Source: Candidatus Aldehydirespiratoraceae bacterium (GTDB lineage: Bacteria > Actinomycetota > Acidimicrobiia > Acidimicrobiales > Aldehydirespiratoraceae). Taken from it: a stretch of DNA of 64,000 bases. Position numbers and translations under genes: made by a program. The stretch lies in contig OZ240616.1 in the NCBI GenBank assembly GCA_965198315.1, positions 2,536,351 to 2,600,350 of the forward strand, read 5' to 3'. Shown piece after piece: positions 44,967 to 54,653 of this stretch (positions are counted from its first letter, which is position 1; every line of letters starts with the position of its first letter). Under the pieces are notes generated by a model. That model was not told the origin of the DNA. It saw nothing but the letters and a program-made list of their open reading frames with translations, and did not search any database.

Positions 44967-45565
44967 ATCAGTTGATCAGAGGTTCCGTTGGATTCGATTG
45001 ACTGGATCAGAAAATCGAGTACTTCTGCTCTTTGCTCGGTGGATGGAGGAGCCAGCCCGAACAGGTCGATCAGCCACAATCCGTCACAGGCTATTCTGAC
45101 TAGCAGAGCAAGCCTCGGGTCCAGATCGTCGTGTTCGATCAGCCGGGTCTGCCATTCCTCAAAGAGTTCCTGCACTTGCTTCAGACGTCCGGGTTCGAGC
45201 GCGGCAGCAGCAAACACGCTGGTCGCAGACTCTTCCCAGTAGGCATGCGGCGCTCGAACATACTCCACATAGGCGCGAGCAAACGCTCCCTTCTGGTCTC
45301 CGTTGACAAGTTGCTGAAGATCGTTGTCGACACGCTCCATGGCATCGTGAAGAAGGGCCGTGACGAGCTCTTCTTTGGAAGAGAAATGGTAAAGGAGTCC
45401 GCCTTTGCTGAGCCCCGCCTCGGTAGCGACGCTCTGCAAGGTGAGACCTTGGACCCCTTGGGTCCGAACAACCGCTACGGCCGCGTCAACTAGTCGTCGT
45501 CTGGTGTCGACGCTCTTTTGTTTCGATGTGTTGTTCGTAGTTTGCAGTTTCTGCTCCCTTGTCAT
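44963..45565 (-). CDS. TetR/AcrR family transcriptional regulator
   Basis: HTH RLVDAAVAVVRTQGVQGLTLQSVATEAGLSKGGLLYHFSSKEEL. I chose the ATG at 45565. Confidence 0.85.
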   Translation of the reverse strand: MTREQKLQTTNNTSKQKSVDTRRRLVDAAVAVVRTQGVQGLTLQSVATEAGLSKGGLLYHFSSKEELVTALLHDAMERVDNDLQQLVNGDQKGAFARAYVEYVRAPHAYWEESATSVFAAAALEPGRLKQVQELFEEWQTRLIEHDDLDPRLALLVRIACDGLWLIDLFGLAPPSTEQRAEVLDFLIQSIESNGTSDQLI

Positions 45566-45628
45566 AGGGATCCGATTGTTGTAGTCGAAGTTGTGGACCG
45601 GATGGTGGATATTTGCTACCATTACTGT

Positions 45629-45642
45629 ACCGTCCGGACGGT
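45629..45642. promoter_or_regulatory. Perfect 14-bp palindrome ACCGTCCGGACGGT in the TetR / betaine-transporter divergent region (candidate operator)
   Basis: Read directly. It lies between the divergent starts at 45565 and 45691. Confidence 0.4.
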
Positions 45643-45690
45643 TTTCTTGACGGAGACTACTCAATACAACACACCCCATGGAGGGAAATC

Positions 45691-46632
45691 ATGAGGAAAT
45701 TGCTACTGGCGCTGTTGGTACTAACAATTTTTACCGCAGCCTGCGGGAATGACGACGACGAAGCCAAGCCCACTATCTCGTTGGTGGTCAACCCGTGGAC
45801 GGCGTCAGCGCTGAACGTGGCCGTAGCCGAACAGCTTATTGAAAGTGAACTCGGCTATCCAGTCGAGGCGATCAACATTGACGAGAACGAAGCAATGTTC
45901 ACTGGTCTGGCTGACGGAACCGCCGATGCAGTACTTGAGATCTGGCCCTCAGGTATTACCGACAGCGAACAGGCCTTCTTTGACGATGGCTCGGTCGAAC
46001 ATCTTGGCGAACTGGGCGCGGTGGGCAGAATCGGCTGGTTTGTTCCTGACTATGTGATCGATGCCAATCCGGAGTTGGCCACTTGGGAGGGCTACTTCAG
46101 TGATGACGCGGCTGCTGTCTTTGCCACTGCAGAAACAGGCGACAATGGCAGGTTCCTAGGCACCGATCCTTCTTATTCGCAGTTTGACGAGCAGATCATC
46201 AACAATCTCGGTATGCCTTTCGAGGTGATCTACTCCGGGTCTGAGCCGGCAACAGTTGCCGAACTGGATGCACGGGTGTCTGCGGGCGAGCCGATCTTGA
46301 TGTACTGGTGGACCCCGACCGCGGCTGTCTCCACATACAGCCTCGTTCAGGTCACCCTCCCGCCATACACCGAGGAATGCGGCGCTAGCGCAGCCAGCGG
46401 CGACGGCGGCGTGGATTGCGAATATCCTGAGGATGTCATCATCAAGGCCGTATCAGGTAAGTTGGCCGACAAGGCCCCTGATGTATACGACTTCCTCAAT
46501 GCGTTCACCATCACCAACGACGATCAACTCTCGATGCTTCCGCCAGTGGAGCTCGAAGGTGACGATGTTGCGGACGTAGCAGCCAAATGGATAGAAGACA
46601 ACGAGGACACTTGGTCCGCTTGGCTCGGGTAA
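45691..46632 (+). CDS. Glycine betaine/proline-type ABC transporter substrate-binding lipoprotein (ProX/OpuAC-like)
   Basis: RBS ggaggga, lipobox FTAAC-G, then LVVNPWTASALNVAVAEQLIE and DAVLEIWPSG. Confidence 0.85.
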   Translation: MRKLLLALLVLTIFTAACGNDDDEAKPTISLVVNPWTASALNVAVAEQLIESELGYPVEAINIDENEAMFTGLADGTADAVLEIWPSGITDSEQAFFDDGSVEHLGELGAVGRIGWFVPDYVIDANPELATWEGYFSDDAAAVFATAETGDNGRFLGTDPSYSQFDEQIINNLGMPFEVIYSGSEPATVAELDARVSAGEPILMYWWTPTAAVSTYSLVQVTLPPYTEECGASAASGDGGVDCEYPEDVIIKAVSGKLADKAPDVYDFLNAFTITNDDQLSMLPPVELEGDDVADVAAKWIEDNEDTWSAWLG

Positions 46633-46651
46633 CAATTCGAGGAGTCAACTT

Positions 46652-47686
46652 GTGATCGGTGAGGTCATCTCCAGCCCCTGCCTGTCGGCACGAGGAATCT
46701 GGAAGATCTTCGGAAACCGCCCCGGAAGGGCTCTGGAGATGGCCGACACCGGCGCCTCGCGCGCTGAAGTCCGCGAGGCCACAGGCTGCATAATCGGGGC
46801 ACGTGATGTGTCCTTCGATGCGTACCACGGTGAGACCTTCGTGATCATGGGTCTGTCCGGTTCGGGGAAGTCGACCCTGTTGCGATGCGTGGCTCGCCTC
46901 TCGGCTTTGTCGCGGGGTTCGGTAATCCTCGAAGGCGAGGATCTAACGGCAATGAACGAGTCCGAACTACGCGCGGTCCGACGAGCCAAGCTCTCGATGG
47001 TGTTTCAGCATTTCGGGCTGTTCTGGCATCGACGAGTGATCGACAATGTTGCCTACGGCCTCGAAGTGCAGGGAATCGACCGCAAGACACGGCACTCCAA
47101 AGCCGACGAAATGCTCAACTTGGTCGGTCTTGAGGGTTACGGCAACAACTATCCGAACCAGCTCTCGGGGGGAATGCAACAACGTGTCGGTTTGGCCCGA
47201 GCTCTCGTGGTTGAACCGACCGTGCTCTTTTTTGACGAACCATTCTCGGCTCTAGATCCGCTGATCCGCCGGGACATGCAAGATGAATTGCTGCGTATTC
47301 AAGCTGGGATAGGCGGCACGATTATTTTCGTTACCCATGATTTCGACGAAGCGATAAAGCTCGGTGACCGAATCGCCGTAATGAAAGATGGCGAATTCGA
47401 CCAAGTCGGAACAGCTGCAGAGTTGATAATGAACCCAGCAACGGAATATGTGGAGGAGTTCGTCAAGGGAGTGCCCAGAGTCAAAGTGCTGCGAGTGGGC
47501 GATGTGCTCGCAGAACTCGACGGATCGGCTCCCCAACACGGCGTCCCTGCCACCGAGAGCCTCGAAGCGGTTTTACCCCTACTGGTGGCAAATACAGACG
47601 ATATTGCTGTACTCGATGAGCAGAACTCTGCGATAGGTCGCATTGACCGCTCGGCTGTGACCCGCCTGATCCAACCTCAGCCGTGA
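46652..47686 (+). CDS. Glycine betaine/proline-type ABC transporter ATP-binding protein (ProV/OpuAA-like) with C-terminal CBS-type region
   Basis: IMGLSGSGKSTLLRC, LSGGMQQRVGLARAL, LFFDEPFSALD. Confidence 0.9.
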   Translation: MIGEVISSPCLSARGIWKIFGNRPGRALEMADTGASRAEVREATGCIIGARDVSFDAYHGETFVIMGLSGSGKSTLLRCVARLSALSRGSVILEGEDLTAMNESELRAVRRAKLSMVFQHFGLFWHRRVIDNVAYGLEVQGIDRKTRHSKADEMLNLVGLEGYGNNYPNQLSGGMQQRVGLARALVVEPTVLFFDEPFSALDPLIRRDMQDELLRIQAGIGGTIIFVTHDFDEAIKLGDRIAVMKDGEFDQVGTAAELIMNPATEYVEEFVKGVPRVKVLRVGDVLAELDGSAPQHGVPATESLEAVLPLLVANTDDIAVLDEQNSAIGRIDRSAVTRLIQPQP

Positions 47687-49608
47687 CTGCGTCTGCGTCG
47701 TTGGAACCGGCATCTCCCTACCCGGCGGTCGACTGGCAGCGACGCGCTCTGTGGGTTGTTGTTCCGCTCGCGCTTGTCGGGTTGCAATTGATCTTCGCCG
47801 GGACCCAACTGCCCGAACATCTTGATGAGACGTTTTCTGACCCTCTCGACCGGTTCGCTAGCTGGGCTCAACAGAACCGGAGCAGCAACTGGCTGTTCAC
47901 GGTCTTCTTCCGCCCGCTCACATCGCTTGTGAGCACTGGCCTCGACACGATCGAAGGCACTCTGCTCTGGGTTCCCTGGTTCGTGATCCCGATTGCCATC
48001 TTCTTGTACATAGCCCGGACGCGAGCGTGGAAGTCAGCAATAGCAGCTTCTTTGGCGATCATCTATCCGGGTTTGGTGGGCCTTTGGGAGGTGACAATTG
48101 AGACGTTGGCTCTGATGGGCATGGCGATTGTTTTGTCGATCATCATCGGTGTTCCGGTCGGAATCCTGGCGGCTTTTCGGAGAGGCTTCGATACTGCGAT
48201 CAGGCCGGTGCTCGACGCCATGCAGACGATCCCTGCCCCCGTCTATTTCGTGCCGATGGTGATGTTCTTCGGGATCGGTCCAGTGCCCGCCACGCTGGCG
48301 ACAGTGATCTATGCTCTTCCGCCGGTCGTACGGTTGACGACCCTCGGTATCCGCGGTGTCGCTGAGCAATCGGTGGAGGCGTCGACGATGTTCGGCGCCA
48401 CCCGCTGGCAAACCTTGCGCAAAGTACAGATTCCCATGGCATTGCCGACGATCATGGCGGGAGTCACCCAGACGATCATGATGGCGTTGGGGATCGTCGT
48501 TCTGGCGACCCTGCTCGGTGCGGGCGGGCTGGGCCAATCGGTGATGGACACTCTGAGTCAGCGTCGGACCGGTCGAGGTGTCGCCACCGGGTTGGCTGTG
48601 GTTGCCATCGCGGCTGTTCTTGATCGCCTCGGTAGGGCTGTTGTGGGTCAGGACAGGGCTACAGCACCCTCACGGCGCACGGTGTTGCTCTGTGTTTCGG
48701 GCGTAGTCGGTCTGATCATCGTTGGCCGCACCGCCAACTACGTCTCATTCCCCGAGATGTGGGAGACACGAGCGTTCGACCCGATCGACGACGGCGTGAA
48801 ATGGGCTCGCGACAACCTGCGCTGGTTCACCCGTACCTTCAACGACACGGTGGTGTCCTGGTACTACGTGCCGGTACGCGACTACTTGACCGATTCGGTT
48901 GCTTGGCCGGTAGTTATTGCTGCGGCAGCTGCGGTGGGCGCATGGTTGAAAGGTTGGCGCCTGGCGTTGCTCAACGTCGGCGCGATGGGTTCGATCTTGT
49001 TGATCGGCATGTGGGAGTTGTCGATCGACACGTTTGTGCAGGTGGTGATGGCTGTGGTGCTGTCGATCCTGCTGGCAATACCGGTCGGTATCGCCGCGGG
49101 ACGCCACCGCCGAGTGGAGGCTGCCCTCAGCCCCGTTCTCGATGCCCTGCAGACGATCCCCTCACTGGTCTACATCATCCCGGCGGTGACGCTGTTCACC
49201 ATCGGCGTGGTTCCAGGCCTGATTGCCTCAATTCTGTACGCCATCGTGCCTGGTGTGCGTCTCGCCGCGCTAGGCATCAAACAGGTGTCCACCGAAAGCG
49301 TCGAGGCTTCTCAGATGTTCGGGGCGACGCCCCGTCAGACAATGTTCGGCGTGCGGATTCCTCTGGCCGCCCGAACGATCATGGCGGGAGTCAACCAGGT
49401 GATCATGTTGGTCTTGGCCATGGTCATCATCTCAGGTCTTGTCGGTGGTGGAGGACTTGGTTTCGAGACTATTTCAGCTGTCAAGAACAGTGAAGTCGGC
49501 CTTGGCTTCGAGGTTGGGTTCGCCATCGTGATGATGGCTATCGTCTTGGATCGCTCAAGTCAGGCAATCGCTGATCGGGTCGGCGCTCCCGAAGTTGCGG
49601 CTCATTGA
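47683..49608 (+). CDS. Tandem-fused double permease (two ProW/OpuAB-like domains in one 641-aa polypeptide)
   Basis: Two collinear halves each carry ...DA(M/L)QTIP..VY..P... and EAS.MFGAT..QT...V.IP.A..TIMAGV.Q. GTGA overlap with the ATPase stop. Confidence 0.85.
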   Translation: MTASASLEPASPYPAVDWQRRALWVVVPLALVGLQLIFAGTQLPEHLDETFSDPLDRFASWAQQNRSSNWLFTVFFRPLTSLVSTGLDTIEGTLLWVPWFVIPIAIFLYIARTRAWKSAIAASLAIIYPGLVGLWEVTIETLALMGMAIVLSIIIGVPVGILAAFRRGFDTAIRPVLDAMQTIPAPVYFVPMVMFFGIGPVPATLATVIYALPPVVRLTTLGIRGVAEQSVEASTMFGATRWQTLRKVQIPMALPTIMAGVTQTIMMALGIVVLATLLGAGGLGQSVMDTLSQRRTGRGVATGLAVVAIAAVLDRLGRAVVGQDRATAPSRRTVLLCVSGVVGLIIVGRTANYVSFPEMWETRAFDPIDDGVKWARDNLRWFTRTFNDTVVSWYYVPVRDYLTDSVAWPVVIAAAAAVGAWLKGWRLALLNVGAMGSILLIGMWELSIDTFVQVVMAVVLSILLAIPVGIAAGRHRRVEAALSPVLDALQTIPSLVYIIPAVTLFTIGVVPGLIASILYAIVPGVRLAALGIKQVSTESVEASQMFGATPRQTMFGVRIPLAARTIMAGVNQVIMLVLAMVIISGLVGGGGLGFETISAVKNSEVGLGFEVGFAIVMMAIVLDRSSQAIADRVGAPEVAAH

Positions 49609-49635
49609 TCTGAGCGCTTCGCTGAGTTGAGCCGG

Positions 49636-51360
49636 TCAGTCCAGAGCCGGTCCGGAGGTGTCTCGACCGGAGCGCAGAATCGTGCCTGGCCGAGCCGCCG
49701 TGAACTGGCCTTCGCGTACGATCTCGGTTCCGTTGCACAACACATGCTTGATGCCTGTGGCCTCGGCATAAAGCCGGGATGCGCCCGCGGGAAGATCGGT
49801 TCGCACAGTCAGCGGCTGCGAATTCACTCGGGTTTCATCGAGCACGACCAGATCGGCGAATGCACCTTTTTTGAGCACGCCCCGGTCGACGAGGCCGTAG
49901 AGGTCTGCCGGCACTTCAGTGAGGAGGTGGACCGCTTCTTCGAGATTGAGCATCTGCCTCTTCGTGACAGCTTCACCCAGCATGTGAGTGGCGTAGTTGG
50001 AACTCAAGAACAGATCGAGGTGGGCTCCGGCGTCTGAAGCCCCGATCACCGCACGTTGGTCCCGCCAGATCTCAACCCTTGCTTCCCAATCCTCGTCGGG
50101 ATCGTCTCCAGCCGGATTGCCGAAAGAGGTTTCGAGGTCATCGGCAAGGGCGATGTCGCAGAGGGTGTCCCAGGCATCTTGGCCGCGTTCTTGAGCGATC
50201 TCGCCGACGCTGCGTCCGACGCAGCCTTCGTTCTCCGGCGCGAGAGTGTGAAGAATCGTCTTGGTTTCCCAGTGGGCCAGACCGCGCAGCGGACCGTCGG
50301 CCTGAGCGAGTTCGTTGAGTTTCCTTCTTTGGGTCGGATCGCTGAGGACTTCACGTTTTTCTTCTTTGGGCAAGAGCATCACCTGCTCCCAACCAGGCAG
50401 AGCGTCGAGCACGAATCCGCTGTTGAAGTTGAGGTGCAGAGCCAACGTCATGGGCACGGTTAGCGCCACCACCTTGCCTCCCTTGGCTCTTGCCGCATCG
50501 CCGGCGCCCAGCTTGATCAGATTCTCGGGCAAAGACCGAGCGGTCACGTTCATCACGTTCCAGTTGAGAGGGCTGCGAGCGGCCACTGACATGTCGGCCA
50601 TCAACTCAATGGCCCAGTCCTCGAACGGCCCCAGATTGGGGATGAACTCCAACGATGTGCCGTCAAAATCTGCCAGTACCGAACACAGGCCGACCAGTTC
50701 GTCACGCGTGCCGTGGCGGCTTGGGACCATGTTCCCCATCGGGTCGTTGTGAGTGCGCGACCACGATGATGAGAAGCCCAACGCTCCGGCTTGCAGACCG
50801 GCTCTGAGCAACACGGCCATTTTCTCTTGCTCTTCTTCGGTGCTGGGTCGTCGTACGCTGTCGTCGCCCATCACCACGCGCCGCAACGCTGAGTGGCCGA
50901 CCTTGAAGCCGGCGTTGATCGACAGCGTCCCGTCGATGGCGTCGAGGTATTCGGCGGTCGAACGCCAATCCCAAGGCACTCCCTGCTGCAAGGTGGTCAG
51001 TGGGATGCCCTCGACCCGTGCCAACATTCGCATGAGGTAGTCGCCGTCCGCTGGATCATCGGTAAGCGGAGCGATGGTGAAGCCGCAGTTTCCGCCAATC
51101 ACCGCGGTCACGCCATGGAGCGGCGAGGGTGAGAGGGTTTGATCCCAGAAAACCTGGGCGTCGAGATGGGTGTGGACATCAACGAATCCAGGGGTCACGA
51201 CCAGGCCGGTGGCATCGATCACCGTTTTGGCTTCGGCTCCATTGCCCCCGAGTCGGTCTATGGCTTCGATGCGGTCGTCGACTATGCCGACATCTGCGCG
51301 TCGCCGCGGCCCGCCGGTCCCATCAACAACATCTCCCCCGTGAATCAATACATCAAACAT
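49636..51360 (-). CDS. N-acyl-D-amino-acid deacylase (D-aminoacylase) family amidohydrolase
   Basis: MFDVLIHGGDVVDGTG, GFVDVHTHLD (HxH metal site), GASDAGAHLD. The start may instead be 51387. Confidence 0.8.
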   Translation of the reverse strand: MFDVLIHGGDVVDGTGGPRRRADVGIVDDRIEAIDRLGGNGAEAKTVIDATGLVVTPGFVDVHTHLDAQVFWDQTLSPSPLHGVTAVIGGNCGFTIAPLTDDPADGDYLMRMLARVEGIPLTTLQQGVPWDWRSTAEYLDAIDGTLSINAGFKVGHSALRRVVMGDDSVRRPSTEEEQEKMAVLLRAGLQAGALGFSSSWSRTHNDPMGNMVPSRHGTRDELVGLCSVLADFDGTSLEFIPNLGPFEDWAIELMADMSVAARSPLNWNVMNVTARSLPENLIKLGAGDAARAKGGKVVALTVPMTLALHLNFNSGFVLDALPGWEQVMLLPKEEKREVLSDPTQRRKLNELAQADGPLRGLAHWETKTILHTLAPENEGCVGRSVGEIAQERGQDAWDTLCDIALADDLETSFGNPAGDDPDEDWEARVEIWRDQRAVIGASDAGAHLDLFLSSNYATHMLGEAVTKRQMLNLEEAVHLLTEVPADLYGLVDRGVLKKGAFADLVVLDETRVNSQPLTVRTDLPAGASRLYAEATGIKHVLCNGTEIVREGQFTAARPGTILRSGRDTSGPALD

Positions 51361-51482
51361 GTTCGGAGCGTAATACGCAGCTACCACGCGGTGTTAGCCT
51401 GCCGGCGACTCGGTCGAGCGGGTCGCCTCGTTTTGCAGGATCGTGGTGAGTAGTTCGAGCAACGACCAGCCAGACTGTACCC

Positions 51483-52031
51483 ATGACGCACCGCACGTTT
51501 GAAGAACTCGAAGCAGGCTTGACACAGATCCGAGATGCACCCAGCGAGCAGGGAACGCTTCGGCTCATCGTGGCGCGCACCGAGGTGGATGAGCGTCAGA
51601 TCGTCGAGCAGGGTGAACTCACCATGGCAGGCGGCCTCGAGGGTGACAATTGGCTCGCTCGAGGAGACCGTCATACCCAAGATGGCAGCGCGGATCCTCT
51701 CCGGCAGATCACCATCATGAACTCTCGTGTTCTTGAGTTGATCGCGGGAGCGACCGAGCAGTGGCCGGCGGCCGGAGACCAGCTGTATGCGGATTTCGAC
51801 ATCAGTGAAACGAATGTCCCCTCAGGTACTCATCTCAAGATCGGCAACGCCACTCTTGAGGTGACCGAAGCGCCTCATCTGGGATGCCACAAATTCAGAT
51901 CTCGCTACGGCCGAGATGCACTGCACTGGGTCAATTCAGAGGCTGGCATGGCGCTCAAGCTCAGAGGCATCAACACCCGAGTAATCCACCCCGGCACCAT
52001 CCGAACAGGCGACCCGATCACCAAAGGTTGA
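51483..52031 (+). CDS. MOSC domain-containing protein
   Basis: 182 aa. ...PHLGCHKFRSRYG... contains the conserved MOSC Cys region, and the layout is beta-barrel-like. Confidence 0.75.
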   Translation: MTHRTFEELEAGLTQIRDAPSEQGTLRLIVARTEVDERQIVEQGELTMAGGLEGDNWLARGDRHTQDGSADPLRQITIMNSRVLELIAGATEQWPAAGDQLYADFDISETNVPSGTHLKIGNATLEVTEAPHLGCHKFRSRYGRDALHWVNSEAGMALKLRGINTRVIHPGTIRTGDPITKG

Positions 52032-52045
52032 GCGAACCCCTCAAG

Positions 52046-52840
52046 CTAACTGGGCACGCCGACTTGAACCTTGGCCGCCTTCGGACGCGACAGGAACCGC
52101 AAACGCAAGACAAAAGCAAGAACCAAGATCAATCCACCATTGAGAACTATCAACGGTACTCCTTTGGACAAACTCTCAGTAGACGTCGTCGGCACTCCAG
52201 TGCGACCCGCGATCCAGACTGCTGCGATCGCCAACAACCCTGACATCAAGTTCACGGCGAAGGCGATCATGTCATAGGGAACCTGTCCATAAGGGTATCG
52301 GGCTGTGATACGGCGCCGCATCCGCAACGCCCCGAACGTTCCAAAGATCGACGCAACAACGGGCGTCAGGACTCTCCCATAGCCGTTATCGATCCACTGA
52401 TCGAAATTGAAGACGAACGCGATCGCCAACACCAGAAGAGCGATCAAGCCGCCCAGCAGCCCGAAAACCACAGCACCCCGGGCGACTTGTCGACGCTCAT
52501 AAGAGCGGGCTTCGGCGTCGTGCAAAGGGCGAATCACACCCCACATTTGGAGTGTGTCGAAACCCCGAGACCGCAAGCGACGGTGCGCGTATGAGCAACC
52601 ACATAACGATGCAAGGCCGAGCAGAGCCACGATCAACCACCATTCTCCGCCGTAATCGGGTGGCGGCTCAGAGAATCCGAGTCCGACCCGACCATGCAAC
52701 CAAAAGCCAACAAACATCGTCGTCAAGCCCAGCGCATACAGTACCGCTGCCGGAGTGTCCTCACGGGGGCTGATCCAGCGACCGTCTGGCCAAGTCGACT
52801 CTTCATTCTTCTCGCTGTTGGGTGTAGGGACAGTCATCAC
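52046..52840 (-). CDS. Hypothetical polytopic membrane protein
   Basis: 264 aa with at least 6 hydrophobic segments. No family recognised. Confidence 0.5.
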   Translation of the reverse strand: MMTVPTPNSEKNEESTWPDGRWISPREDTPAAVLYALGLTTMFVGFWLHGRVGLGFSEPPPDYGGEWWLIVALLGLASLCGCSYAHRRLRSRGFDTLQMWGVIRPLHDAEARSYERRQVARGAVVFGLLGGLIALLVLAIAFVFNFDQWIDNGYGRVLTPVVASIFGTFGALRMRRRITARYPYGQVPYDMIAFAVNLMSGLLAIAAVWIAGRTGVPTTSTESLSKGVPLIVLNGGLILVLAFVLRLRFLSRPKAAKVQVGVPS

Positions 52841-52905
52841 TCACCGACATCAGATTGGCTGACTTCACCATACTATTAACCAGCAACTAACCGTCGAGCA
52901 CCCGC

Positions 52906-53700
52906 TTACGACAATTGCGCTTCGCTGTCGATGAAGTTGAGTGGGTTGACCTCCAGAATTGCCCAAGCTCGGTGGTCACCTTGTTTGTCGGCGGCGAGAC
53001 CCTCCACATGGGTGGAGGCCCAGTCCAATTCGCCGTCGCTGTCGATCGGCCAACTCAATTCGCTGCTGGTGCGGCGGTGCCAATGGCCGTGAAGCACCAG
53101 TTTGGGTCGTGTCGCCTTTACGGCTCGCAGGATCCGTTCGCGTACTTGCAAGCACAGCATTTCATCGCGTGGTCGAAGCTCGAAGTTCCGAATCGGTGCA
53201 CCTTCGGGTGCGTCATGGCACACGAGCACGTCGAGCGACTCTTCACCGAGATGCGTTACATCGGCGTCAGTGAGTATCTCGTTGGGCCACCAACTCACGC
53301 CCTCAACTCGGTAACGATGATCCATCGAGAAGGCACCACCTAGGGCCCCGAAGTCGACTCGGCCCCAACGCCAGCGATGACCGCGCGGAGCGTAACGACA
53401 GCGGTCGCCGATGGTCACGAAGCCGTCTTCGTCGGCTTCGAGGTCTGCCAACATGTCGTGGTTCTCGTGGTTGCCGTCGATCCAGTAGAGGCAACTGATC
53501 CCGTAGCGTTCTGTATGCCAATCAACCTGGTCCAAGAAGCGTAGGCCTTTATCAGTGTGGGCCCAATATCCGAAATCCCCGAGTTGCAGGATCGCGTCGC
53601 ATCCGTGTTGTTTTGCCAGCTTGCACAGCGTGCCTACCCACTGACCGTTGCCGTGGGTATCTCCCGCTAGCAGAACACGCTCCGGCTCAAGCTTTTCCAT
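52906..53700 (-). CDS. Metallophosphoesterase (calcineurin-like)
   Basis: GDTHGN, LGDFGYW, GNHENH, CHDAP and GHWH motifs in canonical order. The start may instead be 53772. Confidence 0.75.
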   Translation of the reverse strand: MEKLEPERVLLAGDTHGNGQWVGTLCKLAKQHGCDAILQLGDFGYWAHTDKGLRFLDQVDWHTERYGISCLYWIDGNHENHDMLADLEADEDGFVTIGDRCRYAPRGHRWRWGRVDFGALGGAFSMDHRYRVEGVSWWPNEILTDADVTHLGEESLDVLVCHDAPEGAPIRNFELRPRDEMLCLQVRERILRAVKATRPKLVLHGHWHRRTSSELSWPIDSDGELDWASTHVEGLAADKQGDHRAWAILEVNPLNFIDSEAQLS

Positions 53701-53847
53701 CCCGCAACAGTACCGAGCTTTGTAGTCCACTGACATGATAAAGCGCGATGTCGCAGCCGTTAGTGATTGCATCTCTCTGTCTCTAGCCTTGAGGGTGCGC
53801 AGTCCTACTCCTCGAGGGCTGGCGGACTTTAAGAAAGGGTTGCTCTC

Positions 53848-54399
53848 GTGCGCGACTTCTCATGGCGATGCTTGACGTTCGCGGCTGCATTGGCGGTCTT
53901 TGCCGCGGCCTGCGGCAATGACTCTGGAACCACATCGCCAGATACCCCCGGGCCAAGCAGCACCGAAGGCGCTCACGAGGGGCATTCCGACACGACAACC
54001 ACGGTTACAAGCGATGGCTCCGAGACAGACGGCCATCAACACACTCACGGCGACTCCACGGACGAGATGGATTCCTCGGAGCATGACATGTCCGGCATGG
54101 ATTCAGAAGACGACGGTTCAATGGACGAGATGGAGCCCGCTCAGACCATCGCCGTTGAAATTGTCGGCGGCGAGCCGGTAGGCGGCCATCAGCGAGTCGA
54201 GGTTGAACTCAACTCCGAAGTAGCAATCATGGTCACCTCTGATACCGCCGAAGAGATTCACGTTCACGGCTACGACATTCTGCACTCTGTGGCCGTCGGC
54301 GAACCGTTGCATTTCAGTTTTGCTGCTGGGATTCCGGGCGTGTTCGAAGTCGAGCTGGAGGATTCGGGCCGACTCCTGCTGCAGCTCACCGTTTCCTGA
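53848..54399 (+). CDS. Lipoprotein with His/Asp/Met-rich linker and C-terminal cupredoxin-like domain (metal-binding candidate)
   Basis: GTG start and lipobox FAAAC-G. The linker reads HEGHSD...GHQHTHGDSTDEMDSSEHDMSGMDSEDDGSMDEME. The roughly 90-aa beta-rich tail contains EIHVHGYD. Confidence 0.55.
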   Translation: MRDFSWRCLTFAAALAVFAAACGNDSGTTSPDTPGPSSTEGAHEGHSDTTTTVTSDGSETDGHQHTHGDSTDEMDSSEHDMSGMDSEDDGSMDEMEPAQTIAVEIVGGEPVGGHQRVEVELNSEVAIMVTSDTAEEIHVHGYDILHSVAVGEPLHFSFAAGIPGVFEVELEDSGRLLLQLTVS

Positions 54400-54404
54400 C
54401 CTCA

Positions 54405-54653
54405 ATCAAGGAACAACGCTGTGAATCCAGCGCGTCCGGATTGATCGCGCCTAGGATGCGCCTGTTCGTCAGAGCGAAGCCGGTTTGAATCCGGCACTGT
54501 CCCGCAACGGTGAAGTCGACTCACTTCGGTGAGAAGAACAAGTCCGGACGCCTCGAAGCGAACCAACGAACCGACCCTCGAGGAAGGGACGGCTCGTGCG
54601 ACCGGATCCTCTTGTCGCTCGTGCCACAACCTCGAGCCGAAAGGAGGACCCGA
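54405..54653 (+). promoter_or_regulatory. Cobalamin (B12) riboswitch with putative SD-sequestering expression platform
   Basis: The core GGTTTGAATCCGGCACTGTCCCGCAACGGTGAA (54482-54514) matches the conserved GGUG.AAUCC..C.GUCCCGC.AC.GU block. There is a B12-box-like AAGTCCGGACGCC at 54540-54552. CCTCGAGG elements could pair with the AAGGAGGA RBS (54641-54648). Confidence 0.7.

Noticed and set aside
54510-54653. Upstream extension of the binding-protein ORF (MKSTHFGEKNKSGRLEANQ...)
   Set aside because: This stretch coincides with the cobalamin riboswitch and its expression platform. A strong RBS (AAGGAGGA) precedes the internal ATG at 54654, which begins a signal peptide.
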